A stretch of 64,000 nucleotides of DNA from Actinomycetota bacterium (GTDB lineage Bacteria; Actinomycetota; Actinomycetes; Actinomycetales; Microbacteriaceae): NCBI GenBank assembly GCA_009698805.1, contig WLPL01000002.1, positions 305-64,304 of the forward strand, read 5' to 3'. The translations under genes and the position numbers were made by a program. Positions 1 to 10,633 of the stretch are shown in pieces (within the stretch, counting starts at the first letter, position 1; every line of letters starts with the position of its first letter). The notes beneath the pieces are model-generated. The model did no database searches. It was not told the origin of the DNA and saw only the letters and a list, made by a program, of their open reading frames with translations.

Positions 1-678
<678 letters not shown>

Positions 679-734
679 TTATAAATCCGACCCCTGGGGC
701 CCGCAATCTGTCATTTTGGTACACAAGATTCAAA

Positions 735-755
735 GTTGAGCCTTGATGACTCAAG
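735..755. promoter_or_regulatory. HAIR (HspR operator) site 1
   Basis: GTTGAGC-N7-ACTCAAG upstream of dnaK; consensus is CTTGAGT-N7-ACTCAAG. Confidence 0.85.
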
Positions 756-797
756 TTTGAGCCAATGACGAGAAAAAGTCAAGTAAGTTTCCTGAAA

Positions 798-818
798 GTT
801 GAGTGTGAATGACTCAAG
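798..818. promoter_or_regulatory. HAIR (HspR operator) site 2
   Basis: GTTGAGT-N7-ACTCAAG, one mismatch to consensus. Confidence 0.88.
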
Positions 819-886
819 TTTTTTTGTTGTGGTTTTGGAACGTAAATCTAGCCGATTCTCACAGAGGTTTGGCTAGGGTTTTAGCC

Positions 887-2197
887 ATGACATCTGAAAC
901 TAAGGCACCTAGCAAACTCGCGACATGGGCATGGTCGCTCTGGGACTGGGCCGAACAGCCTTACCCGACGATCATCCAGACCTTCATCTTTGCTACCTAC
1001 ATCACCAGCAGCTACTTCGGTGACCCAAACGTACTTTCAGGGCAGCTTGGTATCGCCGGCGCCATCGCCGGAGTGGCGGTTGCAATCAGCGCCCCGGTCT
1101 TTGGCCGCCGATCAGACGATGCCGGCAACCGCAAGCGCTGGTTGCTAATCAACAGCGGCTTCTTGATCGCCATCATGGTTGCCTCGTACTTCGTTGCCCC
1201 GTCACCAGAGTTTCTAATCTTCGGCTTGGTTCTCTACGCCATCGGTTCTGTGGTGCAAGAGACCGCGTTTATCAACTACTACGCGATGCTCAAGCAAGTC
1301 ACCACCCCAAAAAACATCGGCAAAGTATCTGGCTTTGCTTGGGGCCTCGGCTACGTAGGCGGCATAATCCTCCTGCTCGTTTCGCTCATCGGCTTCGTGC
1401 TGCCCGACAACCCGTGGTTTGGCATTTCAACCGACAATGCCGAAAACATTCGCGTGCTCTACCTATTCGCCGCGGCTTGGATGTTTATCTTCACGATTCC
1501 TCTCGCCCTCTTTGTTCCTGAGGTGGCAAAGACCAAAGAATCGACAAAGGTCAGCATTCTTGAAAGCTACAAAGCACTATTTCGCCAAATCGTCGAGCTT
1601 CGCAAGCGTTCACCAGAGGCGCTCAAGTTTCTAATCGCCTCTGCGGTCTACCGCGACGGCCTCGCCGGAGTTTTCACTTTTGGTGCGATCCTTGGCTCGG
1701 TTGCCTTCGGTTTCTCAAAGACCGGCGTCATCTTCTTCGGCATCGCGGCAAACATCGTCGCGGGTCTCGGCGCCGCACTGGGTGGAATCTTGGACGACCG
1801 AATCGGCACCAAGCGCACCATCGTTGGCTCGCTAGCCGGCCTCGTAATCGCCGGCCTTGCCGTGTTCGCCTTCGCCAGCGTTGGCCCAATCACATACTGG
1901 ATCGGCGGCCTAGCGCTTTGCCTATTCGTAGGCCCAGCACAGGCATCGAGCCGAACCTTCGTCGCCCGGTTCACACCAGACGGCCGTGAAGGCGAGATCT
2001 TTGGGCTCTACCAGACCACCGGTCGCGCAGCTTCGTTCCTAAGCCCAACCCTGTGGACGATTTCTCTGAGCCTCGCCGCAGCCGCCGGTATCGCCAACAC
2101 AGCAATCTTCGGAATCCTCGGAATCGTAATCGTTCTGATCGTTGGATTGGTTTTGATGTCGCGCGTGCACCCAGCACCGCAGCTTCACGTCGACTAA
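887..2197 (+). CDS. MFS transporter (UMF1/Atg22-like)
   Basis: About 12 TM helices; WAWSLWDWAEQPY, KVSGFAWGLGYVGG and GEIFGLY motifs; ATG 887 preferred because TAGGGT -10 lies just upstream. Confidence 0.85.
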   Translation: MTSETKAPSKLATWAWSLWDWAEQPYPTIIQTFIFATYITSSYFGDPNVLSGQLGIAGAIAGVAVAISAPVFGRRSDDAGNRKRWLLINSGFLIAIMVASYFVAPSPEFLIFGLVLYAIGSVVQETAFINYYAMLKQVTTPKNIGKVSGFAWGLGYVGGIILLLVSLIGFVLPDNPWFGISTDNAENIRVLYLFAAAWMFIFTIPLALFVPEVAKTKESTKVSILESYKALFRQIVELRKRSPEALKFLIASAVYRDGLAGVFTFGAILGSVAFGFSKTGVIFFGIAANIVAGLGAALGGILDDRIGTKRTIVGSLAGLVIAGLAVFAFASVGPITYWIGGLALCLFVGPAQASSRTFVARFTPDGREGEIFGLYQTTGRAASFLSPTLWTISLSLAAAAGIANTAIFGILGIVIVLIVGLVLMSRVHPAPQLHVD

Positions 2198-2205
2198 ATA
2201 GTTTG

Positions 2206-2246
2206 AAAAGAAAACCCCCGGCCGAGTGGCTGGGGGTTTTCTTTTT
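2206..2246. terminator. Bidirectional intrinsic terminator
   Basis: AAAAGAAAACCCCCGGCC-GAGT-GGCTGGGGGTTTTCTTTT between convergent genes. Confidence 0.85.
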
Positions 2247-2253
2247 AAAAGGA

Positions 2254-2856
2254 TTAGTCGCGCTGGTCTAACGGCTCGTTGCCGACATCGGTGATGTGGA
2301 AGTTCATGAACGAGCGTGATGCCGTTGGTCCGCGCTGCCCCTGGTAGCGGTTTAGGTACTTGTCGCTGCCGTAAGGGGTTTCGCTCGGGCTTGAGAGCTG
2401 GAAGAAGCAGAGCTGCCCGACCTTCATGCCTGGCCAAAGCTTGATCGGTAGGTTGCTTACGTTTGCGAGCTCGAGAGTCACGTGGCCGTTGAATCCTGGG
2501 TCGACGAATCCGGCGGTCGAGTGGGTCATTAGGCCGAGGCGTCCGAGTGATGACTTGCCCTCGAGGCGAGCCGCGATGTTGTCTGGCAGCTTGACGAATT
2601 CGTAGGTGCTGCCCAGGACGAACTCACCGGGGTGAAGAATGAAAGCCTCGTCGGCCTTGACCTCTACATAGTGAGTCAGATCGCTCTGGTCTTCGGCAGG
2701 GTCGATGTAGGCGTACTTGTGGTTATCGAATAGACGAAAGAAGCGGTCGAGGCGCACGTCGAAGCTCGAAGGCTGCAAAAGCCCCATGTCTAGTGGCTCG
2801 AGGCCAATCTGGCCGGCTTCGATTGATGCGCGGATATCGCGGTCTGACATAAGCAT
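2254..2856 (-). CDS. dcd: dCTP deaminase
   Basis: [49 protein letters not shown]. Confidence 0.96.
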   Translation of the reverse strand: MLMSDRDIRASIEAGQIGLEPLDMGLLQPSSFDVRLDRFFRLFDNHKYAYIDPAEDQSDLTHYVEVKADEAFILHPGEFVLGSTYEFVKLPDNIAARLEGKSSLGRLGLMTHSTAGFVDPGFNGHVTLELANVSNLPIKLWPGMKVGQLCFFQLSSPSETPYGSDKYLNRYQGQRGPTASRSFMNFHITDVGNEPLDQRD

Positions 2857-2885
2857 GAGTAAAGGTTACCGCTTAGATTTAAGGC

Positions 2886-3668
2886 ATGACTTCAGCACAC
2901 ACCATGGATGCTTTTCTCGACTACTCGCAGCGGCTAGCGGCAAGCGCCGAGGCTCACCCAGACGTCGTTGGTCTAGTTTTGGTTGGTTCGGCAGCCGACA
3001 CCGATCGAGTCGACGAGTGGTCGGACCACGACTTCTTTTTAATCGTGAAGGACGGGATGTCGGAGGGGTTCAGGCAAGACCTGAGCTGGTTGCCAGACAG
3101 TCACGATGTTGTCATTCGCCCTCGTGAAACCGACCACGGTTTGAAGGTCGTTTATAGCGACGGTCACGTTCTCGAGTTTGCGGTTTTTGACGACAAAGAG
3201 CTTGAGCTGGCTTCGGTGAACTACTGGGCCGTGCCAGTAGACAAGACCAACATCACCTCACGCGTTGAGGCACTTGAAAAGAAGACCGTCGGAGGCAAGT
3301 TTGAAGAAGAAAAGGAGTGGGAGTTGTTCTTGGCTCACATCCTGATCGCGGTTGGCCGCGCTCGTCGTGGTGAGATCTTGATTGCCGGTCAGGCGATTCG
3401 TTCATACATGATGAGGCACGTCCTAGGTTTCGTTCGCGACCGTCTAGCGCCCGCGCCTGGCACCGAGGGGATCGAAGACAACCTCGACCGATTCCGCAGA
3501 GTTGAGCAGCAGTACCCGGCCGAGGGTGCTCGTCTGGACCAAATTATGCAACTGCCCGTCGAAGACTCGGCACGCGCTCAGCTCGACTTTGTTCTCGGGC
3601 TTGGAGGCTTTAGTGCCAAGCAACTCGAACAAGCAGAGGTTGTTCGAGCCCGTTTGGGTTGGATTTAG
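2886..3668 (+). CDS. Pol-beta-superfamily nucleotidyltransferase (aminoglycoside/lincosamide adenylyltransferase-like)
   Basis: LVLVGS...DEWSDHDF (GS...DxD) motif followed by a helical C-terminal domain. Confidence 0.65.
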   Translation: MTSAHTMDAFLDYSQRLAASAEAHPDVVGLVLVGSAADTDRVDEWSDHDFFLIVKDGMSEGFRQDLSWLPDSHDVVIRPRETDHGLKVVYSDGHVLEFAVFDDKELELASVNYWAVPVDKTNITSRVEALEKKTVGGKFEEEKEWELFLAHILIAVGRARRGEILIAGQAIRSYMMRHVLGFVRDRLAPAPGTEGIEDNLDRFRRVEQQYPAEGARLDQIMQLPVEDSARAQLDFVLGLGGFSAKQLEQAEVVRARLGWI

Positions 3669-5824
3669 TCTTTTAGGCCGAAGCGGTCGTAGACGACCTT
3701 CAGCCACTTAGGCGCCCACCAGTTCCATTCGCCGAATAGGCGCATGAGGGCAGGCACCATGAGTGCTCGAACTACCGTTGCGTCGATCAGAATCGCCAGA
3801 GCGATGCCGACGCCAAGCATCTTCATGATGCTCACGCCACCGAAGGCGAATGCGGCGAACGAGACGGCGAGGACAAGCGCTGCTGCGGTGATGATGCGTC
3901 CGGAGCGCTGAAGCCCGAGGGCGACAGATTCGGTGGTCGAGAGGCCGTGCTCGTGTTGCTCCTTGATGCGGCTGAGTAGGAACAGCTCGTAGTCCATCGA
4001 GAGGCCGAACCCGACAACGGCAATCAGGACGAATGACGAGGTGTCAATCGTGCCGGTGTGAATGAAATTGTCGGTGAGCCAAGGCAGCCCGTTGTTCGCG
4101 AAGACCCAGTTGAGAACACCTAGGACAGCGCCTAGCGAGATCAGGTTCAGCAACACGGCTTTGATTGGCAGAATCACCGAGCCGGTGAAAAGGAAGAGCA
4201 GCACGAGGGTGGCTATGACGATCCACAAGATCGCCGGCAGCAGGTGGTTCTCGACACCCTGCTGGGCGTCGGTGTAAACCGCGGCGGCACCTCCGATAGA
4301 AACCTCGGTCAAACCTGGGTGCGGCAGGGCTCGCATTTTCACTGTGAAGGCGTAACCCGCCGGCGATCGGGGTTCGACATCGTGAATAACGACGATTCGC
4401 TCGAAGCCATCCTTGACATAGCCAGTGAAATTTGGCGCGTAGGCGCTGTCGAGCAACCCGTGGGCCACGACGCCCGAGAAGGTTTGCACTCTGGCAACAT
4501 CCTTCATGCGCGAGAGGTCAAGCGCATACTTGACGACCGCGGTCTCGTTGCCAGCGGCCACTATGATTTCGGCCGGTGAACCTTCGCGAGCCGAGAACCG
4601 TTCGCGAACCTGATTCGATGCGATAACCGCGCGCGATGTCTTGGAGAGGATTCTGTCGTCCACTTGGCTGAAGACGACGCCATTCGAAAGGCTCATCAAT
4701 CCACCGAGGGCTAGGACGGTGACTACTAGGACGGCGACCGGGCGCTTCATAACGAAACGAGAGATCGTGTTCCAGACACCGACGTCCTTGGGGGCGAGGT
4801 CGCCCTTGAGCACCTTGCCCTTGTTGATTCGGTCGCCGAGAAGGAACAGGATGGCCGGCAGGGGAATCAACGCGGCGGCTACCGCGACAACAACAACGGC
4901 CACTCCGCCGAGAGCTAGTGAGTGGAGGAAGGTTTGCGGGAAGAACCACATCGCGCCGGTGACGATCGCAACGGTAATGCCACTGAACAAAACCGTGCGG
5001 CCCGCGGTCGAAACCGTGTTGATTACCGATTGCTCAACCGAGTTGCCGAGCTTGCGCTCTTCTCTGAACCGGTTGACCAGCAGCAGTGCGTAGTCGATGC
5101 CGAGGCCGAGACCCATGGCTGTGATCAAGTTGACGGCAAAGACCGAGGTCGTGGTCACCTGAGTCGAGAGCCAGACGAAGAACAGCGAGCCGCCGATCGA
5201 AAGTCCTGCGATGAGAAGCGGCAAGCCGGCTGCGACGAGCGAGCCAAAAATAAAGAGCAACAAGATGATGACGATTGGAACGGCCACCATTTCGGCGGTC
5301 GCTAGGTCGCTAGAAATCGTCCCGTTAATTTCACTCGAAATGATTGCCGAGCCGCTGAGGTAAACCTTGGCGCCCATGAACCCGTTGGCATAGGTTTTTT
5401 CGAAGTAGGCGGCCACTTCGACCTTGTTCGCGGTCGGGGTTAGTTGAACGAAAAAGTATGCGGCCTTGCCGTCGGTTGAGGCGAGCGAGGAGGGGTGGCC
5501 GAGGGTGAAGTAAGAGGTGACCTTTTTGACGCCGTCGGTGGCCTGCAGTTCGTTAAGCAAATCGGCAGCTTTGACTTCGGTTGCGAGCGAGGCTACCGGT
5601 GCGCCGAAGTCGACCACGGCGACGATCTCCGGGACCTCTTGTTTGAAGTCATTTGCCAGAACCGAGGTGACCCGAGAAGAGTCGGCGCCGGGGTTCTCGT
5701 AGCCGCCGGCCTGAAGTGACGAGAATGACTGAACACCTAGAGCGGTTGCGAGTGCGACCAGCGCGATGAAGCCGAAGAGTGAGGTTTTGGCGTATTTAAT
5801 TACGATTGCTGCAAAGCGCTTCAA
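3665..5824 (-). CDS. MMPL/RND family transporter
   Basis: GLGIDYALLLVNRFREE and GLSMDYELFLLSRIKE repeats; LMRLFGEWNWWAPKW C-terminus. Confidence 0.93.
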   Translation of the reverse strand: MKRFAAIVIKYAKTSLFGFIALVALATALGVQSFSSLQAGGYENPGADSSRVTSVLANDFKQEVPEIVAVVDFGAPVASLATEVKAADLLNELQATDGVKKVTSYFTLGHPSSLASTDGKAAYFFVQLTPTANKVEVAAYFEKTYANGFMGAKVYLSGSAIISSEINGTISSDLATAEMVAVPIVIILLLFIFGSLVAAGLPLLIAGLSIGGSLFFVWLSTQVTTTSVFAVNLITAMGLGLGIDYALLLVNRFREERKLGNSVEQSVINTVSTAGRTVLFSGITVAIVTGAMWFFPQTFLHSLALGGVAVVVVAVAAALIPLPAILFLLGDRINKGKVLKGDLAPKDVGVWNTISRFVMKRPVAVLVVTVLALGGLMSLSNGVVFSQVDDRILSKTSRAVIASNQVRERFSAREGSPAEIIVAAGNETAVVKYALDLSRMKDVARVQTFSGVVAHGLLDSAYAPNFTGYVKDGFERIVVIHDVEPRSPAGYAFTVKMRALPHPGLTEVSIGGAAAVYTDAQQGVENHLLPAILWIVIATLVLLFLFTGSVILPIKAVLLNLISLGAVLGVLNWVFANNGLPWLTDNFIHTGTIDTSSFVLIAVVGFGLSMDYELFLLSRIKEQHEHGLSTTESVALGLQRSGRIITAAALVLAVSFAAFAFGGVSIMKMLGVGIALAILIDATVVRALMVPALMRLFGEWNWWAPKWLKVVYDRFGLKD

Positions 5825-5856
5825 GATAAGACTTTCGTTGTGGAATGATTACGGAC

Positions 5857-6951
5857 ATGACAACTAAGTCTCGGTCGCAAATAGTCCTGTACTCAATTTT
5901 CGCACTTCTCGGGCTGACTACGGCTTTTTGGTTTAACTCACAGGCAGTCCTCAGCAATGCGAACTACATCACCGACGGCTTTACGAGCCCAGTCGACTGG
6001 GTTTATTCTCTCGATCTGCTGATCGGTGGCTTTGCTGGAATGACCTTCGTGGTTCTAGAGAGCCGCAAGCTCGGGTTCAAGTGGTGGCCACTTTTGATTG
6101 CTGGCGGTTTTGTGACTGCCTTCGCCTTTGTGTTCCCGCTGTTTCTGGCAATCAGAGTTCACCTGCTCGCGAAGAAGGCGCTGGCCGGCGGACGCATGGA
6201 TCAGTACGAATTCGACGGCCACCGCGTCGACGTCTGGGTGCCGGCAACACTGAACCCCGACACCCCCGTCCTGGTAATGCACGACGGCCACAACCTTTTC
6301 TACCCGGAACACGCTAGTTACGGCGCGACCTGGGGAATCTTGGACGCGATGCCGGACAGAATTCGTTCGGCAAACAAGCCTTTGGTTATTGGCGTTTGGC
6401 AGGGTCGTAGCGAAGACCGAGTGCTCGAGCTTGGGCCAGAAGACTTTGTCACCGAGACGCCGGGCGCACAGGAGAGGATTCCGCAGCACACGTTGCCGCG
6501 CGAGGGCTACTCGAAGATGGGCAACACCTACCAGTCGCTGATTGCCGAAAAGATCCTGCCGGTGCTCAGCGACCTCTACGCGATCAAGCTCGACCCAACG
6601 CGCACGGCGATTGCCGGTTCGAGCATGGGCGGCCTCGCCTCACTATACGGAATGGTCAAGTACCCGAAGGTTTACGGCACCGCGCTCTGCTTCTCGACCC
6701 ACTGGCCAATCGGCGGCAACGAGCTGGTGGACTGGTTCGCCAAACGGCTGCCGATGGATGGCAAGCACAAGGTTTGGAGCGACACCGGAACCATCGAGCT
6801 GGACGCCGAATACGCGCCATTCCACGAACGTTTCGTTTCGAAGATGCCCGCCGAAAACTTCATTGGCGCGATATACCCAATGACCGGGCACGGTGAACTC
6901 TGGTGGTGCGGTCGGGTTGAGCACCCGATCAACTGGTGGCTGACTAACTAG
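5857..6951 (+). CDS. DUF2834-like membrane domain fused to an alpha/beta-hydrolase (putative esterase)
   Basis: N-terminal TM module ending AFAFVFPLFLAIR; then VLVMHDGHN, GSSMGG nucleophile elbow, DTGTIELD and GHGE. Confidence 0.8.
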   Translation: MTTKSRSQIVLYSIFALLGLTTAFWFNSQAVLSNANYITDGFTSPVDWVYSLDLLIGGFAGMTFVVLESRKLGFKWWPLLIAGGFVTAFAFVFPLFLAIRVHLLAKKALAGGRMDQYEFDGHRVDVWVPATLNPDTPVLVMHDGHNLFYPEHASYGATWGILDAMPDRIRSANKPLVIGVWQGRSEDRVLELGPEDFVTETPGAQERIPQHTLPREGYSKMGNTYQSLIAEKILPVLSDLYAIKLDPTRTAIAGSSMGGLASLYGMVKYPKVYGTALCFSTHWPIGGNELVDWFAKRLPMDGKHKVWSDTGTIELDAEYAPFHERFVSKMPAENFIGAIYPMTGHGELWWCGRVEHPINWWLTN

Positions 6952-8315
6952 ACCAGGGTTTCGAACGAAGGGCCGCGGCCCTCGGTCATGAAGCGAACCA
7001 CATTTTGGTCGACAATCACGTCTGCCATCTCGATTCGCCTGGTCAGGTGCAGCCCCGCCGGTGACTTCACGCGGCTGAGCGCAACGTAGGTTTGGCCGGG
7101 ACTAAAGGCGCGATTGCCCATGTCGACCACGATCTCGTCGTAGGTGAGCCCTTGCGACTTGTGAATAGTGACCGCCCAGGCTAGGCGCAGCGGGATCTGG
7201 CGAAACTCGGCCATGGTGACCGGCACGATCGATTCCTTGAAGCGCTGGGTGATTTCGTCGAAGTCCTCCGAGAGCTCATAGCGAATCTTCTCCCAGGTCG
7301 AACGCCCGACCTCGAACTCTTCGCCCTCGACGTCGACGACGATGTGGTCTTGGTTTTTGATCGAGACCACCTTGCCGAGAGTGCCGTTGACCCAGCGGCG
7401 AACGCCGGCGCTTTCGCCCTTTTTGTTGTTCTGGTCGTCGTTCTTGATGAACATCACCTGAGCGCCGACCTTTAGAACGAGGTTCGGGTCACCGGGTGGG
7501 TTCTTGCCAAACTGCTTGAGGTCACCAACTGGGACGTCGGCTGGAATCGTGGATGGCATCCCCGGAATCAGGGCTAGTCGCTGCGAGTTCACGCGATCGA
7601 CCATTGCGTTGGTTGTTGCCAAGCGAATCGTCTCGGGGTCGGCTGGGTACTTATTGCCCATCGCGTTCAGAGAGTCGAGCATGTCTTGGCTGCAGGAGCC
7701 GTCGCGAATGGCGTTCAGGATTTCGATGAACTCCGGGTCGCTCTGACGAAAGTTTTCGTGCAGCTCGTAGCGCTCGAGTGGTGCTTTGTCCCAGCACAGT
7801 GCATCGAAGAACCAGTGGCTGCGATATTTCTCGGCCAAGTACGCGCGCTCGGCATCGTCGTTTGGTGGTACCGGCGCAAGTTGGTATGGGTCGCCGAACA
7901 TGACGATCTGCACACCGCCGAACGGGCCCTTGGCCTTGCCGCGAGCCAGGCTGAGCAGACCCTCGATGGCGTCCATCAGGTCGGCGTTCACCATCGAGAT
8001 TTCGTCGATCACGAGCATGTCGATAGCGCGCAAAACCTCGCGGCTTCGCGGGCCCATGTGGTGCTTGAGATCTTGATTGCCGAGCAGGCCTGGCGGAATC
8101 GAGAGCAGCGAGTGCAGGGTCTGGCCACCGACGTTGAAGGCGGCTACACCCGTTGAGCCAGCTACGGCGACCTTCTTCTTGGTGTTTTCGACCAGGTGGG
8201 TGAGCAGGGTCGATTTGCCCGTGCCCGCGCGTCCGGTCACGAAAATGTTGGTCGACTCGTTTTCTATGTATTCATAGAGGGCCAACTGCTCTGCTGAAAG
8301 TTCTACCTGTTGCAA
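6948..8315 (-). CDS. Pif1/RecD-like SF1B DNA helicase
   Basis: GRAGTGKS, VIDEISM, FGGVQIVMFGDPYQLAPV, FRQ, QIPLRLAWAVTIHKSQGLT, YVALSRV. Confidence 0.92.
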   Translation of the reverse strand: MQQVELSAEQLALYEYIENESTNIFVTGRAGTGKSTLLTHLVENTKKKVAVAGSTGVAAFNVGGQTLHSLLSIPPGLLGNQDLKHHMGPRSREVLRAIDMLVIDEISMVNADLMDAIEGLLSLARGKAKGPFGGVQIVMFGDPYQLAPVPPNDDAERAYLAEKYRSHWFFDALCWDKAPLERYELHENFRQSDPEFIEILNAIRDGSCSQDMLDSLNAMGNKYPADPETIRLATTNAMVDRVNSQRLALIPGMPSTIPADVPVGDLKQFGKNPPGDPNLVLKVGAQVMFIKNDDQNNKKGESAGVRRWVNGTLGKVVSIKNQDHIVVDVEGEEFEVGRSTWEKIRYELSEDFDEITQRFKESIVPVTMAEFRQIPLRLAWAVTIHKSQGLTYDEIVVDMGNRAFSPGQTYVALSRVKSPAGLHLTRRIEMADVIVDQNVVRFMTEGRGPSFETLV

Positions 8316-8316
8316 A

Positions 8317-10278
8317 CTAACGTTCCTTTTTACGGCCCGCTAGTCGAGCCAGCATGGCGTTGTATTCTTCGATGTCTTGGTTCCCCGAGCGGTCGGAGGC
8401 TCTGTCCAGCCGCTTTTGATCGCGTGTGTCCGCCCTAAACCATTGTCTAGAGACGATTATGGTAACCACCGCAGACGGTAATTCGCCGATACCCCACGCA
8501 ATCGCGCCACCGATTTGTTGATCGTCCAGCGGTAACGCCCCCCAAGTTCGACCCATCGCCCCGAACCAATCCGAAAGTAGCAGAGTTTCACCCTGCATCA
8601 ACGCCAAACCGAAGAATGCGTGGAAAGTCAGGGTCAAAATCAAAACCATCAGACGAATCGGGTAACTCGCGAGCTTCGGCCCGGGGTCGGCGCCGATCAG
8701 CGACTGCACGAACAGGTAGCCCGTGATCAAAAAGTGCACGATCATCCACTCGTGGCCAAGGTGGTCACGGGTCGCCCAGCCGAAGATTGGCGTGAAGTAG
8801 AAGACCACGAGCGAGGACGCAAACATGATCGCCGAAACCAGCGGGCTGCCAAAGAAGCGTGCCCAAGGCGTGTGCACTGCCCAGAGCACCCACTCGCGAA
8901 GGCCGCGGGATTCGTCTAGGCGTTTATTGGCCGCTCTCGAAAGCAACGTGACCGGTGCGCCAGGCACCAGAAAGATTGGCACGGCCATGGTGAGCATCAT
9001 GTGCGCGATCATGTGAACGCTGAACAGATATTGCTCGTAGACGTTCATCGCGCCGTTGGTGATGTAGAAAAGCAGCGCCAAACCGGCCAACCAAGAGATC
9101 GTTCTGAAAACCGGCCAGGTGTCGCCGCGCTTCTTCAAGCGAATCACCCCGAACAGGTAGATTGCGACGAGGGCCAAGCAGATGCTCGCCCAGAGGATGT
9201 CGAACTTCCACTCGGTAAACCAGCCCGATGGGGTTAGCTCGCGCGGCAGTAGCTCGCCGGTAAGAATCTGGGCGGGGGTCAGAGTCGCGATGTCGTTCGA
9301 CGACGACGGTTGGGCCGAAACCGACAGTGCCGTGCCAAGACCTGCGGCCAGGCCCATGAATGCCAGTTCGACAATCGCCAGCTTTGCGAAGACCGCTACG
9401 CCACCGGTTTTGATTTTGTCAATCAGACCGCGGCGGTACCGAAAACCGAAAAGGCCGAGGATCCCGAGCAGAACAACTTTGGCGATAACTAGGGCGCCGT
9501 AGTTGGTAAATAGATTTGGCCAGGTGCCAACCCGCACACAGGCCGAGGCAACGCCGGAGACACCGGTAATCAAGAAGGCCCATAAGGCTAGGGTCGAGTA
9601 GCGTGACACCAGCGAAAAGTTTTTCTCGTTGTCTTGGCTGCGCAAGTAGATCACGGCGATGAGACCGCCGAGCCAGACGGTCACGGCAACCAGGTGCATG
9701 CCGATCGCATTCACCGCGGTTGCGTGGCTGGCGGTGCCGGCCGCGTGCCCCGTCAGAGCCAGTGGCACCAGCGCGGCCAGCGAGATCGCGGCCAAGAACA
9801 GGGTCGAACGAAGCGAAGACAACACGAGTGCGCCAAATGCGGCAACAGCGCCAATGCAGAGCGAGAGGCCGAGGGCTTGGCCAAGCGGGACCTCGAACAG
9901 AAACTGCCAGAGACCGGCCGAAAAGGTTGCCGAGGAGTCGAGCTTTGAGTCAGTAATCGAAGCGAATCGAAGCACAACATCTGCGAGACCGAAGACGACC
10001 CAGGCGAGGCCAGAAACACCAGCTAGGTTCAGTGCCTTACGAAGCCTCTTAGAGCCCTCAGGGAGCCCCCAGGCGGCCAGTACGAGGGTGCCGATGGTGA
10101 TGGCCGTGAATAGGTTTGTCGCGCCTTTGGCGAGCGGAGCCGCCCAGCGAATAAAAGCGCCCGGGTCGGCCAGTTGAAGCGGCGAAGCCGCCCCCGAGAT
10201 TGTCATTCCCAACCAGATTGCAAGCAGGATTCCACCGAGGGCGGCCCCCACTGCTAAGCCTGATTGAGTTTTATTCAC
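8317..10278 (-). CDS. CopD + CtaG fusion, cytochrome c oxidase assembly protein
   Basis: LTGHAA and HLVAVTVWLGGL (CopD-like); FSVHMIAHM, FHAFFG and DQQIGGAIAWGIGE (Caa3_CtaG). Confidence 0.9.
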   Translation of the reverse strand: MNKTQSGLAVGAALGGILLAIWLGMTISGAASPLQLADPGAFIRWAAPLAKGATNLFTAITIGTLVLAAWGLPEGSKRLRKALNLAGVSGLAWVVFGLADVVLRFASITDSKLDSSATFSAGLWQFLFEVPLGQALGLSLCIGAVAAFGALVLSSLRSTLFLAAISLAALVPLALTGHAAGTASHATAVNAIGMHLVAVTVWLGGLIAVIYLRSQDNEKNFSLVSRYSTLALWAFLITGVSGVASACVRVGTWPNLFTNYGALVIAKVVLLGILGLFGFRYRRGLIDKIKTGGVAVFAKLAIVELAFMGLAAGLGTALSVSAQPSSSNDIATLTPAQILTGELLPRELTPSGWFTEWKFDILWASICLALVAIYLFGVIRLKKRGDTWPVFRTISWLAGLALLFYITNGAMNVYEQYLFSVHMIAHMMLTMAVPIFLVPGAPVTLLSRAANKRLDESRGLREWVLWAVHTPWARFFGSPLVSAIMFASSLVVFYFTPIFGWATRDHLGHEWMIVHFLITGYLFVQSLIGADPGPKLASYPIRLMVLILTLTFHAFFGLALMQGETLLLSDWFGAMGRTWGALPLDDQQIGGAIAWGIGELPSAVVTIIVSRQWFRADTRDQKRLDRASDRSGNQDIEEYNAMLARLAGRKKER

Positions 10279-10295
10279 GCCTTAAGCCTAGGCTC

Positions 10296-10332
10296 AAAAA
10301 AAGAAAGGCGCCGACCGAAGTCGACGCCTTTC
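10296..10332 (-). terminator. Intrinsic terminator after hup
   Basis: GAAAGGCGTCGAC-TTCG-GTCGGCGCCTTTC followed by a T-run on the minus strand. Confidence 0.85.
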
Positions 10333-10348
10333 GGGCTTTGGTCAAAGA

Positions 10349-10633
10349 CTACTTGACGGCTGCCTTTAGCTTTGCGCCAGCCGAGACCTTTACGGTGTTG
10401 GTAGCAGCGATCTGGATGGTTGCACCAGTCTGTGGGTTGCGACCCGCACGAGCCTTACGGTGGCCCTTGGTTACAGTGATCCAGCCTGGGATGGTTACTT
10501 TGTCGCCCTTGGCGACGGTCTTTGCGACGGTCTCGAACAGTGCGTCAACTACGCGGTTGACGGCTGCCTGTGACTCGCCGGTGTGTGCAGCAATAGCGGC
10601 AACTAGCTCGCCCTTGTTTAGAGTGTTAGCCAT
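10349..10633 (-). CDS. hup: HU family DNA-binding protein
   Basis: LNKGELVAAIA...RKARAGRNPQTG; GGAGG RBS. Confidence 0.95.
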   Translation of the reverse strand: MANTLNKGELVAAIAAHTGESQAAVNRVVDALFETVAKTVAKGDKVTIPGWITVTKGHRKARAGRNPQTGATIQIAATNTVKVSAGAKLKAAVK

